A DNA stretch of 32,000 nucleotides from Faecalispora sporosphaeroides DSM 1294 (lineage in GTDB: Bacteria > Bacillota > Clostridia > Oscillospirales > Acutalibacteraceae). Below the pieces are notes generated by a model. That model was not told the origin of the DNA. It did not search any database and saw only the letters and a program-made list of their open reading frames with translations. The position numbers and the translations under genes are program-made. Location of the stretch: assembly GCF_000383295.1 (NCBI RefSeq), contig NZ_KB911066.1:546836-578835 (forward strand). The letters are read 5' to 3'. Positions 23,203 through 31,783 of this stretch are shown piece by piece (the first letter of the stretch is position 1; every line of letters starts with the position of its first letter).

Positions 23203-24073
23203 AAGGGCAGCCTTGCAGACAGAACCGATTCAATTTTTAATTGCCAAGCTGTCTGCCGCGGCAAAGGAATCTGCCACTTACGAAAAACTGGCTTATTATA
23301 TAGAAAAGAATTATATGCGCGTCATTTTTATGACCGCCGTCGATGTGGCGCTGGACGCCAAGGTGAGCCAGGGCAGTGTTTCGCGTTTCTGCATGGCGCT
23401 CGGCTATAACGGCTATAATGAGTTTCAGCGCGAGCTGCAGAAAAGCGTCAGCGAAAAGATAACCGGACCCCAACGGCTGAATTATGTACTGAAGGATCGG
23501 CACAGCGCGGTCGGCGACATTCTCTCGAGCGAAGTGAATAATTTAGTGGAGCTGGAAGCTTCCATCGGCGGCCCCGCCTATGAAGCTCTGGTGAATATGG
23601 TGGCAAACGCGCGGGATTTGATACTGCTGTCGTCCAGAATGTCCGCCACCCTGCTGCCCTATATGCAGTATATTTTGAACAAGCTGCGCAACAATGTCTA
23701 CACGGTAACGCCGGAAACCCCGGCGTGGAATACGCTGGAATACCGCGACCCCAAGGATACAGGGATCGTTCTGCCGATTTTCCCCCGTTATCCGGATGCT
23801 TTGCTGAAAAAAGCGCGGGCGCTCAAAAACGGCGGCTTTCGGATCATTGCCGTTACGGACAGCCTGCTCTCCCCCATCTGCCAGATCGCGGACGAAACCA
23901 ATGTGGTTCCCATCACTGTGGCTTCGCTGTTCGACATTTACAGCACCCCCATGGTTTTTATGAACCTTGTCTTTCGGGACGCGGCCAAAAAGATTCCCGA
24001 TGTAAACGCGCGGCTGGAGCAGATCGAGCTTCAGGAAAAAAGCTCCGGCGTTTATCATATCTCCGGCCGCTGA
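23192..24073 (+). CDS. RpiR/MurR-family transcriptional regulator (HTH_6 + SIS domain)
   Basis: ATG 23192 overlaps the HutD-like stop (23200-23202) by 11 nt. HTH VALDAKVSQGSVSRFCMALGYNGYNEFQREL, with a C-terminal SIS-like region. Confidence 0.85.
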   Translation: MTNRRAALQTEPIQFLIAKLSAAAKESATYEKLAYYIEKNYMRVIFMTAVDVALDAKVSQGSVSRFCMALGYNGYNEFQRELQKSVSEKITGPQRLNYVLKDRHSAVGDILSSEVNNLVELEASIGGPAYEALVNMVANARDLILLSSRMSATLLPYMQYILNKLRNNVYTVTPETPAWNTLEYRDPKDTGIVLPIFPRYPDALLKKARALKNGGFRIIAVTDSLLSPICQIADETNVVPITVASLFDIYSTPMVFMNLVFRDAAKKIPDVNARLEQIELQEKSSGVYHISGR

Positions 24074-24092
24074 AAATCAATCAGACTATTCC

Positions 24093-24132
24093 GGGCATGA
24101 CGGTCGTCAGACTGTCATGCCCTTCTTGTTGT
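24093..24132 (+). terminator. Rho-independent terminator closing the ten-gene operon
   Basis: GGGCATGAC (24093-24101) pairs with GTCATGCCC (24114-24122), followed by TTCTTGTTGT. Confidence 0.7.
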
Positions 24133-24253
24133 AAGAACGCTCCGTTTATGGCTTTTCTGCCCAGTCGGAAAGCTCATTCGGCCAGATTCCCGAAGAAAGA
24201 TGCATTGTCTGACCAGCAGCCGTTTATTTTTCTGTGAAATTTCAGCCGTTCTA

Positions 24254-24262
24254 TGGTAAAAT
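24254..24262 (+). promoter_or_regulatory. Extended -10 element upstream of tex
   Basis: TGgTAAAAT lies about 48 nt upstream of ATG 24310. No convincing -35 element. Confidence 0.4.
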
Positions 24263-24309
24263 AGCCTTATCAATACGAAGCAAATGAAACAGCAGGAAGA
24301 GGGAAATGT

Positions 24310-26475
24310 ATGGATATGATCGCGGAGCTGTCAAAGGAATTCCGCCTGAACCAGCAGCATGTGGGGAACATCATTACACTGATCGACGACGGGAATACCA
24401 TTCCGTTTATTGCGCGGTACCGCAAGGAAATGACCGGCTCCTGCGACGACCAGGTTCTGCGCGAGCTGTCGGACCGCCTGCAATACCTGCGGAACCTGGA
24501 AAAGCGCAAGGAAGAAATTTTAGAGAGCATCGCGGCGCAGGGCAAAATGACCGACGCGCTTTTCCTCGCCGTTCAAAGCGCGAAAACACTCGCGGAAGCG
24601 GAGGATTTATACCGGCCTTACCGCCCCAAGCGCCGCACCCGGGCCACCATCGCGCAGGAAAAGGGCCTGCGCCCTCTGGCCGACCTGATCATGGCGCAAA
24701 CACAGCGCGGTACCACACTGGAAAAGCTTGCCGCTCCCTATGTCAATCTGGAAAAGGGTGTGGAATTCTGGGAGGATGCGGTGCAGGGCGCGCAGGATAT
24801 TCTGGCCGAGGAGATTTCAGACGACGCGGAGATGCGAAAAAAGCTGCGTCAGATCATACGAAGGGACGGGCTTGTGGTATCCCGCGCCGTTCAGGAAAAC
24901 CCGGTGTATGAAATGTACGCCGAATATTCCGAGCCCGTCAGTAAAATACCGAGCCACCGGATTCTGGCGATTGACCGCGGAGAAAAGGAAGAATGCCTGA
25001 AAGTAAAGCTGGAGCTGAACGATGTGCCCGCGCTTGCGGCCTTGTGCGATCGGTTTGTAAAACTTGGCAGCGTCACCTCTGCCTGCGTCAAAGGGGCCGC
25101 GGAGGATTCCTGGAAACGCCTGATTCTCCCCTCCCTTGAGCGAGAAATCCGGAACGAATTGACGCAGCGGGCGGCCAAGCAGGCGATCTCGATGTTTGCC
25201 CTGAATTTAAAGCCCCTTCTGCTCCAGCCCCCGGTGAAGGACAAGGTGATCATGGGCTTTGACCCCGCCTACCGCACGGGCTGCAAGATCGCGGTGGTGG
25301 ACGCGACCGGCAAGGTGCTGGACACCACCGTGGTGTACCCCACCCCACCCCACAAAAAGGTAGAAGAAGCAAAGCGGGAGCTCAAGCGCCTGATTGTCAA
25401 GCACGGCGTCACAATCATTTCGATCGGGAACGGCACCGCCTCCAAGGAATCCGAAATCTTTGTGGCAGAGCTCCTGCGTGAGCTGGAAACGCCGGTCAGC
25501 TATATGGTCGTCAGCGAGGCCGGAGCCTCGGTGTATTCGGCGTCAAAACTGGCCGCCGCGGAGTTCCCCGAGTTCGACGTTTCCCTGCGCAGCGCGGTCT
25601 CGATTGCGCGCAGGCTGCAGGACCCCCTGGCGGAGCTGGTAAAAATCGACCCCAAAGCCATCGGGATCGGCCAGTACCAGCACGACATGCCGCCCGCCGA
25701 GCTGGACAGCGCCCTGGAGGGCGTGGTGGAAAGCTGCGTCAACAGCGTGGGGGTCGATTTGAATACGGCGTCCGTCTCACTTTTGACTCACATTTCGGGC
25801 CTGAACGAAACGGTCGCCAAAAATGTGGTCGCCTACCGGGACGACAACGGGCCGTTCCAGAACCGCAGCCAGCTGAAAAAGGTTGCGCGGCTCGGGCCGA
25901 AGGCCTACGAGCAGTGCGCGGGCTTTCTGCGGATTCCGCGGGGAAAGAATATTCTGGACAACACCTCTGTCCACCCGGAATCGTACGATGCCGTCACAAA
26001 GCTTTTGGAGCTGCTCGGGAGGAAGCCCTCCGACCTGACAATGCAGGGAGTGGGCACGGTGTCGCAGCAGATTGAGAAGATCGGCTGGCAGAAGGCTGCC
26101 GCAGCCTGCGGCGTCGGCATTCCCACGCTGACCGACATCGTCGCCGAGCTGCAAAAGCCGGGACGCGATATCCGCGACGAGCTCCCCCCGCCGCTGCTGC
26201 GAACGGATATCATGAGCCTGTCTGACCTGAAAGCCGGGATGGAGCTGACCGGCACGGTGAGAAACGTCACCGATTTCGGCGCGTTTGTCGACATCGGCGT
26301 GCATCAGGACGGGCTGGTACACATTTCGCAGATGTCGGATCATTTTATCAAGCACCCGTCCGATCTGGTGAAGGTCGGTGATGTGGTACAGGTTACGGTG
26401 CTCAGTGTGGAGGAAGCGAAAAAGCGCATCTCCCTGACAATGAAGCGCACGGAAGCACAAAAAGCAAAGGCGTGA
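24310..26475 (+). CDS. tex: Tex-like transcription accessory protein (S1 RNA-binding domain protein)
   Basis: 721 aa. N-terminal Tex pattern IPFIARYRKEMTG, a YqgF-like and helix-hairpin-helix middle region, and a C-terminal S1 domain GTVRNVTDFGAFVDIGVHQDGLVHISQMSD. Confidence 0.9.
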   Translation: MDMIAELSKEFRLNQQHVGNIITLIDDGNTIPFIARYRKEMTGSCDDQVLRELSDRLQYLRNLEKRKEEILESIAAQGKMTDALFLAVQSAKTLAEAEDLYRPYRPKRRTRATIAQEKGLRPLADLIMAQTQRGTTLEKLAAPYVNLEKGVEFWEDAVQGAQDILAEEISDDAEMRKKLRQIIRRDGLVVSRAVQENPVYEMYAEYSEPVSKIPSHRILAIDRGEKEECLKVKLELNDVPALAALCDRFVKLGSVTSACVKGAAEDSWKRLILPSLEREIRNELTQRAAKQAISMFALNLKPLLLQPPVKDKVIMGFDPAYRTGCKIAVVDATGKVLDTTVVYPTPPHKKVEEAKRELKRLIVKHGVTIISIGNGTASKESEIFVAELLRELETPVSYMVVSEAGASVYSASKLAAAEFPEFDVSLRSAVSIARRLQDPLAELVKIDPKAIGIGQYQHDMPPAELDSALEGVVESCVNSVGVDLNTASVSLLTHISGLNETVAKNVVAYRDDNGPFQNRSQLKKVARLGPKAYEQCAGFLRIPRGKNILDNTSVHPESYDAVTKLLELLGRKPSDLTMQGVGTVSQQIEKIGWQKAAAACGVGIPTLTDIVAELQKPGRDIRDELPPPLLRTDIMSLSDLKAGMELTGTVRNVTDFGAFVDIGVHQDGLVHISQMSDHFIKHPSDLVKVGDVVQVTVLSVEEAKKRISLTMKRTEAQKAKA

Positions 26476-26564
26476 GTTTCGTTTGATCATACGTTTTCTA
26501 ACTTTATTCCGGATGCGAAAAATCAGATAGAACTGATAAAAAGGCGTATCGAGCCGATGCTTGA

Positions 26565-26597
26565 GGTCTGTGAATCCTAGCACCAGACCATTTTTTT
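26565..26597 (+). terminator. Candidate tex terminator
   Basis: GGTCTG (26565-26570) pairs with CAGACC (26584-26589), plus 2 further pairs across a bulge. It is followed by A + T7. Confidence 0.5.
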
Positions 26598-26617
26598 AAA
26601 ATATCCAGAACAATTAA

Positions 26618-26663
26618 AATCGCATGGCCGGCAAACCGAAATACGGCTGCCGGCCATGCGATT
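26618..26663 (-). terminator. Strong hairpin terminator for the minus-strand operon
   Basis: AATCGCATGGCCGGCA (26618-26633) pairs with TGCCGGCCATGCGATT (26648-26663), a 16-bp perfect stem. The - strand continues TTAATTGTT, giving GCGATTTTAATTGTT. Confidence 0.65.
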
Positions 26664-26776
26664 GATTCTATATTTGATTTATTTGAGGAGGCATATTCAG
26701 GCCTTCACATCCCGTGAAAGCATAGGACAATCCGATTCTCAAATTCCTTGATAACACAAAACGCCAGTCATTCGGC

Positions 26777-27673
26777 TTATGTTATGCAGGATAGCTTGGC
26801 GCTGAGCACCTCCTCCCGCCATGGGATGGAGGGAATGGCTCCCTTGCGGGAAACCGCCAGAGAGGACGCGATGGACGCAAGCCGCAGGCATTCCTGCGGG
26901 GAATCACCCCTTGCGACCCCGGAGAAGAAATAGCCGGTAAAGGTATCCCCCGCCGCTGTGGTGTCCACCACGGGAACGTTGTAAATACCGTGGTAAAAGC
27001 GCTGCCTGCCAGCCTGATACACCGCTCCGGCTTTCCCTAAGGTTAAAACGGTGTGAACCTGCGGGTACCGCTTTTGAATCTGCTCGAGTACGGCATCGGG
27101 ATCACGCTCGCCTGTGATCTGGCTGCCCTCAACCTCGTTCATCATCAGCCAGTGTACCTTGTGAAGATCACATCGCTTCACCGCATCGTCGTACGGGGAA
27201 GGGTTCAGCGCGATTTTCATCTTTCGCTGTGCCGCACGTTCGATGAGATAATCGAGCAGGTTGATCTCATTTTGGAGAAGCAGCAGATCGCCCGCTCCAA
27301 AATGAGAGAGCACTTCGTCGACATACGCTTTCTCATTTCTCCGGTTGGCCCCGCCGAACAGAACAATGCTGTTCTGCCCTTTGCCGCTCACCTGAATGAT
27401 CGCGTTGCCGCTGCGTTCCTCCACAGTACGGATCAGGGAGAAATCCACATGATTTTCTTCGCAGGTCTTGCGGAGCATTCCACCGTCTTCCCCCAGCATT
27501 CCCGCATGGAACACCGTGGCGCCGCCCCGGGCCATCGCAACCGACTGGTTCAGGCCTTTCCCGCCGGGGTAGACATTCAGCTGCGTGGAGGAGATCGTTT
27601 CGCCGGGGGCGACGATGTGATCTACGGAATAAACATAATCAATATTGAGCGAACCAAAGTTCAGGATTTTCAT
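26777..27673 (-). CDS. rbsK: Ribokinase-type PfkB sugar kinase
   Basis: AAAGGAGG lies 7 nt before the Met of MKILNFGSLNIDYVY; the tracked start at 27718 is an extension. Motifs GGKGLNQSVAMARGG and VDTTAAGDTFTGYF (anion hole) are present. Confidence 0.8.
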   Translation of the reverse strand: MKILNFGSLNIDYVYSVDHIVAPGETISSTQLNVYPGGKGLNQSVAMARGGATVFHAGMLGEDGGMLRKTCEENHVDFSLIRTVEERSGNAIIQVSGKGQNSIVLFGGANRRNEKAYVDEVLSHFGAGDLLLLQNEINLLDYLIERAAQRKMKIALNPSPYDDAVKRCDLHKVHWLMMNEVEGSQITGERDPDAVLEQIQKRYPQVHTVLTLGKAGAVYQAGRQRFYHGIYNVPVVDTTAAGDTFTGYFFSGVARGDSPQECLRLASIASSLAVSRKGAIPSIPWREEVLSAKLSCIT

Positions 27674-27874
27674 TCGATTTCCTCCTTTCTTTCCAGCAAA
27701 GCACTGTTTTATCATCAATTCACTTTAGTATGGGCCAATGCAGCTGCCAAGGTCTATTCCCCGCCTGCGGTGGAGAAAGAGACCAATGATTGCTTTAAAG
27801 CCTTTGTTACTGTGCGGCGTTTCTTTCTTTTCGCTTCATTTCCTAGAAAGACGCAGCCGGTAAGCCGACAGATC

Positions 27875-28192
27875 TTATATCTCTACCAGCAGCTCCATCA
27901 GCGGGGCGTGCTGCTGCGCGCCGTATACGTCTCTGTCAAAGCTGGTGCCGGATGAAATCCGGCGGGCAAACGTGATCTTGAACCCGAGCGCCGGGTCAAA
28001 AAACACGATGTTGGTGATCAGGCTTTCGGGAATGTGATACAGCTCTGCCACCAGCGCACGGTTGATGACACCGCTTTCTTTGATCTTCCGGTAGATTTGT
28101 TCGTCGTCGAACAGGCAGTCCAGCGTCATTTCAAAGGGCCCGCTGTTTTTGGAGCGCAGCACCTTCGCGCATTCATACAGCCGCTTTTTCAT
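27875..28192 (-). CDS. DUF4387-domain protein
   Basis: ATGA overlap with the upstream gene (28189-28192). Pattern LRSKNSGPFEMTLDCLFDD ... VFFDPALGFKITFAR ... DVYGAQQHAPL matches my recollection of DUF4387. Confidence 0.7.
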   Translation of the reverse strand: MKKRLYECAKVLRSKNSGPFEMTLDCLFDDEQIYRKIKESGVINRALVAELYHIPESLITNIVFFDPALGFKITFARRISSGTSFDRDVYGAQQHAPLMELLVEI

Positions 28193-29565
28193 TGCGCGCC
28201 GCCCCCTTTCCATTCTTCCACAGGGAACATCTCTTCCCCGTCCCGCACATCCATCAGGTGGTACAGAGAAAATTCGTATACCCTGCCGAAGGGCACGTCG
28301 CTCGGCGCAAACGGAAACGCCAGATTCCCCGCCGTGGATTTGCGGCCCTCGTACCCGTAATGCAGAAACGTAGAGCGCACCGTGGAGCAGATGGTATCGG
28401 CCAGCTCCTGCGTTTTGGCGATTACCTCGAACACCACGCCCACCTCATGCGGAAGGTCGCGGCAGGGCTCCATCTCGCCCATCACGCCGTTGATGCCGTA
28501 ATTGATAAAGTTGATTTGGTACTCGCTTTCGTTTACATCGCTGTAATAGTCGCGCACCTGTGCTTTTACCTTATCCTGCACCTCTTCCAGCCGGCCGATC
28601 AAAAGCGGGTCGCGGATACCGGCCACGACAAAGGTGCGAAACGCAACCGGCATGGCCCCTTCCAGCTTGATGCGGTAGGGATTGGTTTTCTCGATTCGGC
28701 TGCCGGTAACAAAAACGCTTCGCCCATCCTCGAGCTCGGTAAAGGTGCAGTGCTCCAGATTCAGCACAATGCCGGGGCCGTGCAGAAGATAGGGATGATC
28801 TTTTTCGTAAAAGGTATGGGCCGCAACCGAGGTTTTTGTGCACACCCGGTCTTTCGATAATGGAGTGACGATAAAGCCATCCTCACGGATGACGCCGAGC
28901 ATGCAGTCCTTGGTGGTGCCGGGCTGTGCGCACAGCGCCGCGCATTCCAGAATTTTGCCCGCGTGGTAGCCGTAGGCCAAATCGAACCCGTGGAACACGG
29001 CAACGGCGGCAAAGGGCGAGGGATCGTAGGCGCGGCCGCAGACGATGATGTCCGCCCCCTGCTCCAGCGCCCGCACAATCGGCTCATGGCCCATTTGCGC
29101 CACGATGCCCGTTGTTTTCTCAATGCGCTCCGGGGTGAGCTCGCCCACGGTCAGGCCCAGCGGGTCGATCTTCCCCTCGCTCAGGCGCTGCTTGACGACC
29201 TCTTTCTCTATATCGGCCCAAATGACGGTGAGCTTCAGATGCCGGAGCTCGTGCTCCTTTAATATTTCCTCTATGATCGAAAGCGTCCACTCCACGTGAA
29301 CGCGGCCTCCCGCCCCACCGGCGGAACCGATCACCACCGGAATCTTCGCCCTGGCGCCGTTCGTGATCATAATTTCCAAATCCTTTTTGCAGGCACGGCG
29401 GCTGACGATTGCCACCCCGGCCCCAAGCTTATGGGGGCCGGCGTCCGTGCTGCCCGCATCCACCACAATCGCGTCGGGATTCATTGCCATCCCGTTCAGA
29501 AAAGAGCTTTCCGGAAATCCATACCCGAGGATTCCGCAGGGGGAAAGCAGCCTGAGCTCTTTCAT
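28189..29565 (-). CDS. AtuA-like (DUF1446-type) protein, divergent
   Basis: AAGGAGG RBS. 458 aa, translationally coupled to DUF4387, which is the usual partner of AtuA-like proteins. It contains IPVVIGSAGGAGG. The N-terminal motifs (LSPCGILGYGF, VVDAGSTDAGP) differ from the canonical AtuA pattern as I recall it. Confidence 0.55.
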   Translation of the reverse strand: MKELRLLSPCGILGYGFPESSFLNGMAMNPDAIVVDAGSTDAGPHKLGAGVAIVSRRACKKDLEIMITNGARAKIPVVIGSAGGAGGRVHVEWTLSIIEEILKEHELRHLKLTVIWADIEKEVVKQRLSEGKIDPLGLTVGELTPERIEKTTGIVAQMGHEPIVRALEQGADIIVCGRAYDPSPFAAVAVFHGFDLAYGYHAGKILECAALCAQPGTTKDCMLGVIREDGFIVTPLSKDRVCTKTSVAAHTFYEKDHPYLLHGPGIVLNLEHCTFTELEDGRSVFVTGSRIEKTNPYRIKLEGAMPVAFRTFVVAGIRDPLLIGRLEEVQDKVKAQVRDYYSDVNESEYQINFINYGINGVMGEMEPCRDLPHEVGVVFEVIAKTQELADTICSTVRSTFLHYGYEGRKSTAGNLAFPFAPSDVPFGRVYEFSLYHLMDVRDGEEMFPVEEWKGGGAQ

Positions 29566-29567
29566 GT

Positions 29568-31670
29568 TTATTCCTCCTTTACGGTGAAATCTCCAAAGGC
29601 GGTGCGGCCGATGCTCAGCGAACCACAGCCGAACATGCCGTATTCATAGGAATCGTCTTTGGCGGAAAGCATCTCTTTCCCGTCGACCAAAAGGGTGATC
29701 GTATCGCCAACGGCTTTGAGCGAGAGCTCATAAGCCTGCTCCTGCTCCCACCCGAACGCGGCGCTGCCGAGCTCGCGGTAGCCAAAATCATTTTTGTACA
29801 GCTTCACGGTTCCGTCCGCGGCGAGACCTCCGGCGTAGCCGCGCATCGCGCCCTGCGCGCGGATGGTAAGCAGGTGGCTGTCGCCGTTGAGCGGCGTAAC
29901 CGGGGCCGTAACGGTGTAATCCGCCGCGTAGTAATTGCCCGCGTAGGCAAAGGCCGGCTCGCAGCGCATCAAAAGCAGCCGGCTGCCCTCCAGATCCCAC
30001 GCGCCGTGGTCGAACGAGAAGGGCGTCACGCAGCCAAACTCCGTTTTCTGCTTCGCGAGGGCAATGCGGTACTCGCTCTTCCCGGTAATCGAGAAATCAT
30101 CCAGATACAGCATTCCGAGTGTTTTGGATTTTGCCGGGGAGTAGCCTTCGATCACGATACCGACCTCATCGACCATATCGCCGTCGGTATCCGGAATCCG
30201 GAAGGAAACCTCCAGCCATTTGCCCTGCTGAAGCTTGATGTAGCCCTGCAGATGATCCTTTTTATCGCTGGTGGTGCGCACGTAAGGCGCGATGCCGATG
30301 GTCTCCCAGCCGTTCCACTGGTCCAAATACAGCTTCATGGAAACGATCTGGCCCGGGTAGGCGGTCGGCGTGAAAACAGGGCTGTACCGCTCATCTGAAA
30401 AATCGTCGCGGCGGTAGAACGGCTTGTAAAACAGCTTGCACTGGTGGCCGCGCTCCATGCGGTCCACCAGCACCTTCAAAGAGCCGGTGCCGCTTGCCGC
30501 CTGCTCGGTGGAATGCCAGGTGCGGCAGAAGAACGGGTCGGACACGCGCATGTTGTGCGTGGAGCCGGGCAGCTCAAAATCGAAATGAACCTCGCCCTGA
30601 CGATAGGAATCGCTGATTTCGGCGGGCATCTCTTCCCCTGCAATACGGTAGCCCAAAGCGGCGACCTCTTTGCAGTAGGTGGGGACATCCAGAATATTCA
30701 GGTAACCGGAAATACCGGAAAGCACAAGACCGTCATTGATCGGGCCGCGGTAGCGCTCCGGCAGCCCATCGATGCCGCACGCCACGCCCAGCACAGTGCC
30801 GACGTTCCCGGCGTTGCAGTCGGTATCCCACCCGCACATGGTGGCAATCTCCACCGTGCGCGCAAAATTCCCCTGCCCATACGCCATTGCTAGGATGCAC
30901 ACACCGGCGTTCGGAATGATATGGCATACTCCGCCGTATTTGTCGTAGCCCCAGTCGTCCACCAGCATCTGGTGGCAGGCCCGCCAGTCCTCCGGGTGCT
31001 CTGCGTGGAAACGCAGTACCGCGTCGGCAACCCGTCGGTACAGGGAGTCCTCCGGGATTTCCGCAAACCCGGCGCTCATGATCTCGTTGATGTCGCTGGT
31101 TTCAAATGCCTTTGCAATTGCGGCGCAGAAGAAGCGCGCCCCGTAAACGCCCTCACCGTCGTGAGAAACGCTGGCCGCCGCCGCGCCGTACTCCGCCGCG
31201 CGGTGCGGCTCGCAGGGGTTGACCAGACCCCATGTATCAATAAAGATCTGCCCGCCAATCTGCTCGGCAATCGTCTTGCCGTTCTGCTGGATCGAGCCGG
31301 AGCGCGGAGCGGGAATGCCCGCCTTCAGGTTCAGGTACGCGGTGTGCTCGGTGCTGCGGCCATAGCCGCCCCACCAGAACATGCCCACGCCTTCGCGCGC
31401 ATAATTCAGCCAAGCTCTGGCCACATCCTGCGGTTCCAACGGACGGTCAGCCGCGTCATCGTACAGCGCTCTTAAAAAATAAACAGGGCCGTTTACATCG
31501 TCGTCGGCTGCGAAATTTTTAAAGTCCTTTACATAGTCCGTAATCTCTCCATATGTATTTCGGATGCGCTCATAGGTCCAAATGGTCGGTTCCACCGGAG
31601 CGCCGAGCCGAATGCCGATGTTCATTCCCAAAAATCCGGAATAAACCTTTTCGAGATAATCCTTGATCAT
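29568..31670 (-). CDS. ADP-ribosylglycohydrolase-family protein with a ~350-aa C-terminal beta-rich extension
   Basis: GGGAGG lies 7 nt before the Met of MIKDYLEK; the tracked start at 31694 is an extension. ARH motifs FAADDDVNGP and CGWDTDCNAGNVGTVLG are present. No signal peptide. Confidence 0.8.
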   Translation of the reverse strand: MIKDYLEKVYSGFLGMNIGIRLGAPVEPTIWTYERIRNTYGEITDYVKDFKNFAADDDVNGPVYFLRALYDDAADRPLEPQDVARAWLNYAREGVGMFWWGGYGRSTEHTAYLNLKAGIPAPRSGSIQQNGKTIAEQIGGQIFIDTWGLVNPCEPHRAAEYGAAAASVSHDGEGVYGARFFCAAIAKAFETSDINEIMSAGFAEIPEDSLYRRVADAVLRFHAEHPEDWRACHQMLVDDWGYDKYGGVCHIIPNAGVCILAMAYGQGNFARTVEIATMCGWDTDCNAGNVGTVLGVACGIDGLPERYRGPINDGLVLSGISGYLNILDVPTYCKEVAALGYRIAGEEMPAEISDSYRQGEVHFDFELPGSTHNMRVSDPFFCRTWHSTEQAASGTGSLKVLVDRMERGHQCKLFYKPFYRRDDFSDERYSPVFTPTAYPGQIVSMKLYLDQWNGWETIGIAPYVRTTSDKKDHLQGYIKLQQGKWLEVSFRIPDTDGDMVDEVGIVIEGYSPAKSKTLGMLYLDDFSITGKSEYRIALAKQKTEFGCVTPFSFDHGAWDLEGSRLLLMRCEPAFAYAGNYYAADYTVTAPVTPLNGDSHLLTIRAQGAMRGYAGGLAADGTVKLYKNDFGYRELGSAAFGWEQEQAYELSLKAVGDTITLLVDGKEMLSAKDDSYEYGMFGCGSLSIGRTAFGDFTVKEE

Positions 31671-31783
31671 TTTGTAGCCTCCCAATCGTTTCACTTATTG
31701 ACGGCAATGCCGCTAGAAAAGCCGTTGTTTTTACACAGACTCCCTTTGCAAGCGGATGCATTTTAAGAAACCGGTTACTCAGT

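Noticed and set aside
26664-26776. A strong GAGGAGG (26685-26691) downstream of tex, suggesting a small + strand gene.
   Set aside because: No ATG, GTG or TTG lies at a workable distance; the next in-frame options are ATA or ATT only 1-3 nt away. The region lies between convergent terminators and is likely fortuitous.
29568-31670. Considered whether the ADP-ribosylglycohydrolase could be an antitoxin- or defence-type enzyme (DarG-like, anti-ADP-ribosylation).
   Set aside because: There is no adjacent ADP-ribosyltransferase or toxin-like gene, and the protein is ARH-fold rather than macrodomain. Its partners are a sugar kinase and AtuA-like/DUF4387 proteins, so a catabolic role fits better.
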